This document shows, one piece after another, positions 26,553 to 38,470 of a stretch of DNA of 64,000 nt. The translations under genes were made by a program, and so were the position numbers. Location: assembly GCF_009914755.1 (NCBI RefSeq), contig NC_060929.1. One strand, written 5' to 3'. Below the pieces are notes generated by a model. The model was given only the letters and a program-made list of their open reading frames with translations. It ran no database searches and was not told where the DNA came from. Position 1 is the stretch's first letter. Every line of letters begins with the position of its first letter. The stretch comes from the human T2T-CHM13v2.0 reference genome, Homo sapiens.

Positions 26553-27098
26553 TCTTTGGTATTTGATGTTGGTGACCTTCGGACGGGGTTTTTGAGTGGT
26601 CGCCCTTTTTGTTGAGGTTGATGGTATTGCTTTCCGTTTGTTAGTTTTCCTTCTAACATTCAGGCCCCTCTTCTGCAGATCTGCTGCAGTTTGCTGGAGA
26701 TCCACTCCAGACCTTTTTTGCCTGGGTATCACCAGCAGAGGCTGCAGAAGAGCAAAGATTGCTGCCTGTTCCTTCCTCTGGAAGCTTCATCCCAGAGGGG
26801 CACCCGCCAGATGCCAGACAGAGCATTCTTGTATGAGGTGTCTGTTGACCCCTGCTGGAAGGTGTCTCCCCTTCAGGAGGCACAGGGGCCAGGGACCCAC
26901 TTGAGGAGGCAGTCTGTCCCCTTAGCAGAGCTCTAGCGCTGTGCTGGGAGATCTGCTGCTCTCTTCAGTGCTGGCAGGCAGGAACGTTTAAGTCTGCTGA
27001 AGCTATACCCACAGCTGCCCCTTCCCCCAGGTGCTCTGTCCCAGGGAGATGGGAGTTTTATCTATAAGTCCCTGACTGGGGCTGCTGCCTTTCTTTCA
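26553..27098 (-). mobile_element. L1PA (about PA7) 5'UTR, 3' half
   Basis: GTTTGTTAGTTTTCCTTCTAAC...GTTTGCTGGAGATCCACTCCAGACC...GACCCACTTGAGGAGGCAGTCTG. Confidence 0.92.
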
Positions 27099-28767
27099 AA
27101 GCCTGACTACTGTGTCTTTGTTTCACTTTGGTCAAGTAATAAGGCCATCTCAGAACCAAATAAAATCAGGAATTGAATGAGGTGATATTGAAAATGTAAG
27201 GCTCTGTGTAATTGTGTTTGGAAAATTTTAGCAGTGGCAATATATCAGTATTTTAATTTGCCTGGTGATGTATCTGTTCACCCATAAGGGGTATCTGGCT
27301 TGATTTTGATATGATTTACTACTACTGGTGATCATTTTGATTCAATAGCTTATGTATTTACAGAAATTCAGGAACAGGTGTTTCTGATTCAGCAATGTCT
27401 CCAGCATCTAATTTGGTATGCAAGTTAGTAGGTTGTGTATCATATTTATAGGAACTCCATTACATTCATAATGGGGTGAATATTTTCCCTGGGCCAAATC
27501 TTAAAGTTTATCAGGGAAATTACTGTGTATTCAGAGCCATGTACAGGAAAGTTTGTAATTCCATATTTAATTTTCTTGTTTTTCTTCTTGTTCTTTCTGA
27601 ATCATCTTGTTTGAGAAGGAAAGCATTGAATAGCTTTTTTTTTTTTTTTTTTTTTTAAAGAAGGTGGGAGGTAACACTTTAGGTGTCAGTAAGAGATGTG
27701 AAGTGAAAATCTTCCTGTTACCTCAGGGGAGGGGCCTGATAGGACAATGGGTAGGGCCCACAGAATGCAGCTGGATGTTGGATAAAGGGCTAGTTCAGTC
27801 TCTGGGTGTCTGCAGACCTTTTTCTTGCTGTAGAGCTGTGAATAAGATGCTAAAATATATTGCTGATCCTTTGCCTCAGGGAGCTGAATCAAGGCTTTAA
27901 CCTGATTTAAGCCCACACCTGAAAATATTTTTATCCTCTTCACTGGAGGCTGGATTTGAACAGCTGACTTCGAGGTGAAGTGTTCTACAGCCCAAACCCA
28001 ATCCCTAGAGTCAGTCAAGCTGCTTCCTTATACATCTTCTGTTGTGCGGGGTTGGGAGAAGCAATGTTAAGGGTTCCTGAGGAAAAACATAATGTTGGCA
28101 TCAATGGGGATATTGATGTGTTGTCGTTTGACTAGAGTTCTTTTATTTTAGTAAAATAAAGAGTGAAAATTAGCTTGTATAACACAAACTCAAAAAGGTA
28201 GGCCATGATCTGTTAAAAGAGGGGAGAGTTTGATTATATATTTCTGCACGAAAGAAGCAGATGCATCTTTTTGAAGAGGCTTGCCAGCACCACTATTCAT
28301 AAATGTGTGTGCAACAGATAGTCTAATTGCCTCATTTATAGTAGTAGGACATACTGATTTCCTTTCACATTATTTACCCATCCACTGAGTTTTGGAGTAG
28401 ACAGGGAGAATGCATTTCAATCCTGAGGGCTGCTTGTTTTAAACATTGCCTCTGTCTCCATGACAAGTGTTTTATTGTCACTTCTGACTAGATTCCTATT
28501 TTGGTTGTCAGTTGTCTGTCTTTTCAGGGTTCGTGAGTTTCAGTGAAGGTTCTGTGAATATTTTTTAAACACTTCAGTTATCATGACTCTTCAAAAATCA
28601 GCTAGTGTATTCTGTATTCCTTCATGAGTGAAGAAGATAAACTGGGAACTATTCTGTGGCTTATTCCTGTGCATCATTCTGCAATCATTTACATCTGTGT
28701 AGCGTTTTCCTTTCATGCATATGAACCCACAGGATTGTTACAGTCTCTCGGTTAGGTAAGGCTGACT

Positions 28768-28908
28768 TTCATTCACTCGTTTATTTATTCATGCATATAT
28801 TTATTGAGCACTGATGTGTCAGGCATTGGGCTCGGTTCCAGGTATAAAAAACATCAGTCCTTGTGTTCTAGAAGCTTCTAGAAGTTCTCTTCTAGTGGGA
28901 GATAACAA
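28768..28908 (-). mobile_element. L2 3' end
   Basis: TTCATTCA..ATTTATTGAGCAC..GTGTCAGGCATTG..TCTAGTGGGAGA. Confidence 0.75.
28865..28884. promoter_or_regulatory. Consensus heat-shock element motif (4 alternating nGAAn units); function untested
   Basis: gTTCt aGAAg cTTCt aGAAg. Confidence 0.4.
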
Positions 28909-28917
28909 AATCTAATA

Positions 28918-29280
28918 TAGATGGTCTCTGACTTATGATAGTTTGACTTTAAGATTTTTTGGCTTTATGATGGTGCAAAAGCGATACTCATTCAGCGGAA
29001 ACTACTTTGAGTACTCATACAACCATTTTGTTTTTCACTTTCAGTATAGTATTCAGTAAATTATAAGAGATATTTAACACTTTTCTCATAAAATAGGCTT
29101 TATGTTGGATGATTTTGCCCAACTGTAAGCTAATGTAGGTGTTTTGAGCACATTTAAAGTAAGCTAGGATAAGCTCTGATGTTCAGTACGTTAGGCGGAT
29201 TAAATGCATTTTGACATGATATTTTCAACTTGCAATGGGTTTATGAGGATGTGATCCCATTATAAGTTGAGGAGCATCTG
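28918..29280 (-). mobile_element. MER47A-like (Tigger-type) DNA transposon, full length
   Basis: TIRs (C>T)AGATGGTCTCTGACTTATGAT / ATTATAAGTTGAGGAGCATCTG; TA flanks; about 363 bp. Confidence 0.88.
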
Positions 29281-29294
29281 TACTGTAATGTAAG

Positions 29295-30048
29295 TGACTC
29301 AGTCTGTTTATGCTGCTATAACAAAATACCTTAGACTGTGTCATTTATAAACAATAGAAATTTATTTTCACAGTTCTGGATGCTGGGAAGTCTAAGATCA
29401 AGGTGCCAGCAGATTAAGTGTCTGGTGAGGGCTTGCTCTCTGCTTCCAAGGTGGGCCTTAGCTTTGCTACTGGGAGGAACAGGAAGAGAGGGAAGACCTT
29501 GTCTCTACATGGCAGAAGACAAGGAAGAGACAAGCAAGCTCTTTCAATCATATATACATATATATATATATGTATACACACACACACACGTATATATATA
29601 CTTATATATACACGTATATATACACGTATATATATATATACACACACTTTAAGTTCTGGGATACATATGCAGAACATACAGGTTTGTTACATAGGCATAC
29701 AAGTGCCGTGGTGGTTTGCTGCACCCATCAACCCATCATTTACATTAGGTATTTCTCCTAATGCTATCCCTCCCCTAGCCACCCACCCCACCCCAACAGG
29801 CCCCAGTGTGTGATGTTCTCCTCCCTGTGTCCATGTGTTCTCATTGTTCAACTCCAACTTATGAGTGAGAACATGCAGTGTTTGGTTTTATGTTCAATCC
29901 TTTTTATAAGGACACTAATTCCATTCAGGAGGACAGAGCCCTCAGGACCTAATCACCTCCCAAAGGCCCCACTTCTTAGTACTATCACATTGGAGATTAA
30001 GTTCTAGCACAGGAATTCTGGGAGGGCACCAACACTCAGAACAAAGCA
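29295..30048 (-). mobile_element. MaLR solo LTR (MSTC/MSTD-like) interrupted by an L1PA
   Basis: GCTGCTATAACAAAATACCTTAGACTG...CCTAATCACCTCCCAAAGGCCCCAC; TSD GTAAG at 29290-29294 and 30049-30053. Confidence 0.88.
29550..29892 (-). mobile_element. Short 5'-truncated L1PA 3'UTR whose tail is a (TA/CA) microsatellite
   Basis: AAGTTCTGGGATACATATGCAGAAC...GAGAACATGCAGTGTTTGG; TSD TTCAATC at 29543-29549 and 29893-29899. Confidence 0.93.
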
Positions 30049-30479
30049 GTAAGTATGTTGAAAGTGTAGACAGAGAAGCAGGGAAGGTTTATTAAAGTCA
30101 GTATGAGGAATAGAAAAAGGTTTCACCAAGAAGCAAGAATTTAGGGTAAAATGTGAAAAGGAAAATGTTTTCCAGGTTGAGTAAGTGAGGATATCAAAGT
30201 AGGGGAAGAGGAGTACTGTTGCCGTTGCTTTATAGATAAAGAAACCAAAGTTAACAAGGCCACAAAGCTGCCACATGTAAATGCAAGTGCTTGAACTGAG
30301 ATATGTTCATGCTGTTTTTGTTACACCCGGCTATACCAATCAGCAACTCATTAGATTGATTTTTCAAATTTTCTTTAATATATTCTATAAGAGCAAGAGT
30401 AGTGTATTCATTCCTTCATCTTAAGTATGAAAAGGCATTGAAGTCTTAGGGAGTGAAAATCCAGTTTGCATTTGTGTTT

Positions 30480-32178
30480 TTTATTTTGCATATTATTTTT
30501 CTGAAGTATAAATAAAATATTATAAAGTATTAGCCTTACAAATTGAAGATACCTATGATCAAGAAATAGAACACAAACTCCTTCACAGCCTCCCTCATGC
30601 ATAGTAATTATAGCTCCTACAAATTAACTACTATTCTAATATCTTCTATCTCAATAAATTAGTTTAACATGTTTTTAGAGTTTTATAAAAATGGAATCAT
30701 ATGTATCTCTTGTGTTGGGCTTCTTTTTCTCAAAATTATTCACCCAAGTCACAGCATGTAGCAGTAGTCTGATGTTCATCATTGTTCTATAATATTCCAT
30801 TGTAGGAATATACCACAACTTATATATTCTATTATCTATAAAGCTTTAGGTTGTTTCCACTATGGGTCTATGATGAATCACTGTTGTAAGACAATTTGTG
30901 CAGGTCTTTGGTGCACATATATGCACATGCTTTTGGGTATACCTCTAGAAGTAGAATTTAGAGTTTATAGAATATGCAAATATTCAGCTTTAGTGATTAC
31001 TGCCACATGGTTTTCAATTCAGTCCAATTACTCAGTGTCTATTATTATAAATAGTATTTTCTTTGTGTCTTGTTTAATCAATCTTTGCTTGTTCCAAGGT
31101 CATGAATATATTCTCCTATATATTCTTCTAGAATTATTTTTGTTTTATCTTTCAAATAGAGGTCTATAATCTATCTGAAATGAATTTTTGTATATGATAT
31201 ATAGTGGGGTGAAAATGCACTTTTTCCCCCCATATGGATGCTCAATTGACCTGGTGCTGTTTATTGAAAAGGTCATCCTTTCCCTATTGTAGTGGAGCTT
31301 TTATCAAATTTCAGGAGACCAGGTAAATATGAGTATAATTATGAATTTTCTACTCTGTTTCATTGGTTTCTAATTGTCTATTCAGATGACAAAACAATGC
31401 TCCTTTAACTACTGAAACTTTATTATGTCTTAATATCTGGTGCTATAAAACCTCTTATTTTGTTATCTTCTTCAAGATAGTTTTTCTTATTCTTGGCCCT
31501 TGCCATTTCCACAGAAAAGCTGGAATTTTATTTGGAATTGTACTGAGTCAGAAAAAGGAAACTTTAGAATAATAAATACTCCAGTCCATAAATGAGATAT
31601 ATCCCTCCATGTATTTAGCTATTCTTAAATTACTCTTTCTGTGTCTTTTGTTTTTTTGTGTAGAGGTTTTATATATCTTTAATTTATTCCTAGACATTTG
31701 AAGATTTTTTTATGCTATTGTAAAATCTCTGATTAAAAAATTACTTCCTAATTATATGCACTATTGTATACATATATTTTATTGATTTAAATACTGAGTT
31801 TATATCCAGAAACATTGTTAGATTTATTTATTAATTTGTTAATTGTAGTTTAGGAATTTTTCAGTGCTCATAATTATATCATCTGTGAATAAGAACAGTT
31901 GATTTCTTTTCTTACTTTCCAAGATATTTTATTTGTATTTATGTATTTTATTTATTTGTATTTTCTATTGTACTACTTAGGACCTCCAGTATAATTTAAA
32001 GAGTCAGTAATAACTGATATCCTTGTTTTGTTCTTGAGCTTAGGCAAAGTGAAACCTTTTAATATGTCACCATTAAACTCCTATTAAATTCCTATTAAAC
32101 ATGACATTTGCTATAGAAGTTTTCCATAGCCTGTAATCAGATTAAAGATATGCTATTCTATTTCTAGTTTGCTAAAAG
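30480..32178 (-). mobile_element. Old L1M (L1MD/ME) 3' half, degraded
   Basis: TATAAAAATGGAATCATA, ATATTCCATTGTAGGAATATACCACAA, AGGACCTCCAGTATAAT, CTAGTTTGCTAA. Confidence 0.8.
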
Positions 32179-33659
32179 TAGCATACCTACAAGGTAGATA
32201 AATGACCCCTCCTCCTTTTAGGAGGAGCAGATAAAAGTTGGCAAGAATTTCTGGAAATGTTATTTCAATATAGCTCCCACCTGGACAGTGGCACATGGGA
32301 AAACAGTGAATTTCTCTACAAAAAAGTAGAAGAAAAGATGAGAGGGATGGACAGAGGGATTTCTGCTCTTTCTTTTTCTTTCCTGAGTTACCTTTCTCCT
32401 ACCATCAACTTTTTTCTCGATTTCCACTGTAGATTGCAGCTCACTTGTACCCTTGATATATTGAATAGAGAAGCATTCTTGTAGCCATTTGATAGTCTGT
32501 TTTAGTTAAGAAACCACTTTTAATTGGCGGTGTGTGTGATTGGTGACCAGCTCAGCCAATGCTGTTTCATGAGCCACTGTGGCAGATGCCTGTTGACCTC
32601 ACATCCAAGGGAACAAGGTAAGCTCTGATGCTTCACAGCTCCCCTCTGGAACATTCTGCCCCAACCCCTCACATTTTCAAGTAACAGCTGTGCTGTTGGA
32701 GTCTCAGTGATTAACAACTTATCAAACCATTTCCCTGGAACTCTCCAGAACTGCCTCTCATGGGGCACCTGATGGATTTCTACTTCACAGATGGCTTATC
32801 AGTTCATCAAGTTATTACTTGCTCTTCTGTCTCCATTTCTCCTGTGTATATTTTATGGGAAAAAAAATCTCCAGGTCATATGATAGGTGTTTCATCTTTG
32901 TTAACACAGCACTTGGTAATGAATCTTTATAATATTAGCTGCGTGCTGAACTAGCCCTATCCCTGGATTCATTTTGAGACTCTATAACTCCACATTTGCT
33001 TTTTTAGGAAAGCTCAAGATTATTTATTTTCTTGGTGGAAATCCTTGACATATTTCTGCCTAGAGGAAGAGCAAAATCAATATGTCCTACAGTTTTATTA
33101 AGTTTCTTTAAGAACAAGATATCTGATCTGTTGGCTGGAGTTGGTTAATCACCATCCTTACAAATTCATCTTTGAATGGTGACTTTCCCACATGTTTTTC
33201 AGTTGTCATTAGTAGTGGAATGCTATCTCATTTCTTACCCCTATTTAGAGAATAATTGTTGCTCCTAGCCACATATCAATATCTTTTGGTATAGCCCCAA
33301 AGCAGCCAAAGTTAAAGACTATTTTCTTATTCATTCTTTTGTCTTTTTAGCCTGCCACATACTATGGTTCAATTTTTCTTCTGTTTCTTCCTACGGGTCT
33401 AACTGTGTCAATCTTATCTATCTGCCACTCAGCCCATACCAGTTTGCAATGAAAGTCAAGTAAGATTTCATGGCATGTATCCAATGTCACCATAGTGAAA
33501 ACCATGTATACAAGTTTTGGGACAAACTGAAACATGCTGCCTCAAATTTCAGTGATCTACTGGGGAAAATCATTCAGCAGTTTGGACAAACCCTTCCACA
33601 TTAGGCAGACTCTCAGTGCTGCCTGGAATCATTCTCCATGCAGCTAGTCAGCTGCTTCT

Positions 33660-34426
33660 CTTTTTTATCTCAATAGCTATTCTCAACTTTGACTAACACT
33701 CTTCAAATCCCTTCCTCTGCCATATCCTCTCTTACTCTCAGCATATGATCATGCCTTCAAATTCACCAGAAAACAAACAAACAAAAATAATAAATTCCTC
33801 ATGCCTACAACCTCAAACCACTTACAAAATGTATTTCCATCAGGACCAAGGATTTCACAGTCTTTTCTGTTTTACATAAAAGATTGTCCCTCTTGCTGCC
33901 AAAGTCTAATCCATCCATCCAACTACCTGCATTGGAGTTTGTCTCCTGACTTTACAGAGACCTTGGACCATTAGCCATCCATTTTCCTTTCTCTATGTTT
34001 TGTTTGATCCCTTCTACATACAAACATGTTTTTAGAAAAATCTCCTCTGATGCCCCATCGCCCTTTAGCTACTGTTCTGTATCTCTTTCTCTTTGCAGCC
34101 AAACTTCTTGAGAAGACTTGTCTATACTTATACTATCTTCCTTCCTCATTTGCCATTTACTGCTCAACTGGTAATACTTTGCCTTCTGTCCCGCAAAAAG
34201 CAATGAAATTATTTCCAACAATTACCTGTATATTACTAAATAGAGTGGATATATATTTTTTTCTTTAATTGTTTAACACTGATAACAATTTCCTCCTTTT
34301 TAAAACTGCTCTTTTGACTTTCACAAAGGTTTTCTTAGCTGGACTTTCTGCTCTGTCTCTGGACACTTCTCTCAGTATCTCTCACTGGCTCCTTTTCTTG
34401 TGATCTCTTTAAAATGAGGGTTCTCC
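33660..34426 (+). mobile_element. L2 ORF2-region fragment (continues at about 36868-37310)
   Basis: ACTCTCAGCATATGATCATGCC..TTCACCAGAAAA; GCAGCCAAACTTCTTGAG; CTTCTCTCAGTATCTCTCACTGGCTCC. Confidence 0.7.
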
Positions 34427-35243
34427 AGACACTTCTCAAAAGACGGCATTTATGCAGCCAACAGACACATGAAAAAATGCTCATCATCACTGGTCATCAG
34501 AGAAATGCAAATCAAAACCACAATGAGATACCATCTCACACCAGTTAGAATGGCGATCATTAAAAAGTCAGGAAACAACAGGTGCTGGAGAGGATGTGGA
34601 GAAAGAGCAACACTTTTACACTGTTGGTGGGACTGTAAACTAGTTCAACCATTGTGGAAGACCATGTGGCGATTCCTCAGGGATCTAGGACTGGAAATAC
34701 CATTTGACCCAGCCATCCCATCACTGGGTGTATACCCAAAGGATTATAAATCATGCTTCTATAAAGACACATGCACACGTATGTTTATTGTGGCACTATT
34801 CACAATAGCAAAGACTTGGAACCAACCCAAATGTCCATCAGTGATAGACTGGATTAAGAAAATGTGGCACATATATACCATGGAATACTATGCAGCCATA
34901 AAAAATGATGAGTTCATGTCCTTTGTAGGGACATGGATGAAGCTGGAAACCATCATTCTCAGCAAACTATCGCAAGGACAGAAAACCAAACACTTCATGT
35001 TCTCACTCATAGGTGGGAACTGAACAATGAGAACACTTGGACACAGGGTGGGGAACATCACACACCAGGGCCTATCCTGGGGTCGGGGGAGTGGGGAAGG
35101 ATAGCATTAGGAGTTATACCTAATGTAAATGACAAATTAATGGGTGCAGCACACCAACACGGCACATGTATACCAATGTAACAAACCTGCACATTGTGCA
35201 CATGTACCCTAGAACTTGAAGTATAAAAAAAAACAAAAAACAA
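34427..35243 (+). mobile_element. L1PA4/5-like 5'-truncated LINE-1 with an open ORF2 C-terminal frame (34469-35023)
   Basis: Peptide with CCHC motif [18 protein letters not shown] ending FSLIGGN; L1PA 3'UTR and A tail. Confidence 0.96.
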
Positions 35244-35280
35244 CTAGGACAGCCAAAAAGAAAAAAAAAAAAAAGGAAGA

Positions 35281-36812
<1,532 letters not shown>

Positions 36813-36867
36813 GTAATGGCTTCCACATATTTAAAAAAATATATATAAAATAAAATGAGGGTTCTCC

Positions 36868-37310
36868 TAGTTTCTTCCCAAGGGTGGGTATATTTTTCTA
36901 CACTGGCTTCTACAATCACTTATATTTGCATGACTATTAACTCTACAAATACAGCTCATTCCTTTCTGAGAATTTCACACTTGTATTCACTTGGCGATCT
37001 CTTAGTCACCAGAACTCAACATGTCCTAAACTGGTCTCATTACGCTTGGCCCTATGCAGACTGCTTTGGTATTTATGTTAACGCATAGCACACTGGGGCC
37101 CAGAAGGTGTTATTATCCCTAATTTTTCCGTTTTAGTCAGTATATCTTTATATCATTTTATCTCATAAACAGAGCATAAATCTCTTCATTCTCATTGCCT
37201 TATTTCACCTAATAGCATGTACAACTTTCTACTTAGTATTTTTATCCTTCAATTTGACCTCACCAAACCGAATGCATTCACGGTTACTGAAATGATTCTT
37301 CTAAAATGTG
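36868..37310 (+). mobile_element. L2 continuation
   Basis: TGGCTTCTACAATCACTTATATTTGCATGAC; AACTCAACATGTCCTAAACTG. Confidence 0.6.
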
Positions 37311-37474
37311 AACTCATGTTAATTTTCAAAAAATGGATCAATTGATTTGATGCAAGTGTAATAAAAATTATGACTGTTTTTAAATGAATTTGACAAGGTG
37401 ACTCTGAAGTAGGTACAGAATAGCAAAGCGCTCAGAACAACCAAAGTATTTACAAAGAAGAAGAATAGGGTCAC

Positions 37475-37806
37475 TGGCTGCTATGACAGCATACCCGAGA
37501 GTGGGTAATTTATAAAGGAAAGAAGTTTATTTATCTCTTACTTATGCAGGCTGGGAAGTTCAAGAGGCATGGCCCCAGCATCTTCTTGGCAAGCAGGAAC
37601 TGATACATTTCCGAGACAGCTAATCTAGTCTTGAGAGTGAGAACTCATTACTGCTAGAAGACACGAGGTCATTTATGAGGGATCCACCCCTATGACCAGA
37701 ACGCTTCCCATTAGGCTCCACCTCCCAACACTGCCACACTGGGGATGAACATGAGTTGATTTCAACATGAGTTTTGGCGGGGACAAATCATATCCAAACC
37801 ATAACA
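37475..37806 (-). mobile_element. MST-type MaLR LTR
   Basis: GGGTAATTTATAAAGGAAAGAAG...TTTCAACATGAGTTTTGGCGGGGACAAATCATATCCAAACCATAACA. Confidence 0.87.
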
Positions 37807-37969
37807 TGTGCCCTAAGTAGACTTACCTTACTGATTCCAAGATTTATTTAAAGCCATAACTAAAGCTCTGTATGGCCCCAGGCACAGTCAAAGCAACCAA
37901 TGATACATAATAGAAAACCCAGGGATAGACCCGTTCACAAATGAAATTATGATCTTTGACAGAAGTGGT

Positions 37970-38470
37970 CTATTTTTTAGGTGCAGTGAAGAAACCAGAA
38001 ATCACTCAGTATTTTAAGTAGGACGGATTTAAAACAGGAAGATATGCACAAATTATTGAAGGTCTGGAAAGGCAAAGATGTGGTAAAAAGAAGGTGCCAT
38101 TAGCTGTATGATCCACTGACACAGCCATCCAAAGAGGCTACTCAGAGGTCAGCAAACTGTAGGACACGCCTGGTGAAGTCACAGCATCCCCAAACTGCAG
38201 CTCCAAGACTGTGACTACCATACCTGTAAAATCTCACACCTACCGAGGTCTGTATTTCCTCTGCAATTATTGCTGGGAGTGAATTGTTTCTGCCTCCCTA
38301 CTATCTTCCAAATTTGCGTAAGTGCATTTCTTTGACAGCACTGTATCTTAAACCTTACCGGCAAAGAAGTTTGGAAAATTCAGCCCCTGGGTTTCTAGCT
38401 CTTGTGATACAAAGGAGACCAAGAAGGGGAAATCAATGTGTCCCAAAGGCCACAGAAAACATGTGGCACA
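37970..38470. mobile_element. Probable old ERVL-class LTR (LTR33/41-like)
   Basis: About 500-bp block interrupting the L1M; CAGAAATCACTCAGTATTTTAAG near the start, ends TGGCACA. Confidence 0.35.

Noticed and set aside
26553-27098. L1 antisense promoter / ORF0
   Set aside because: The 5'UTR is truncated before the region where ORF0 would lie.
28528-28755. AG...GTAAG-bounded 228-nt pseudo-exon
   Set aside because: No recognisable coding content; such motif pairs are common by chance.
34469-35023. 184-aa open ORF with a CCHC motif
   Set aside because: It is the LINE-1 ORF2 C-terminus of a truncated young copy, not a host gene.
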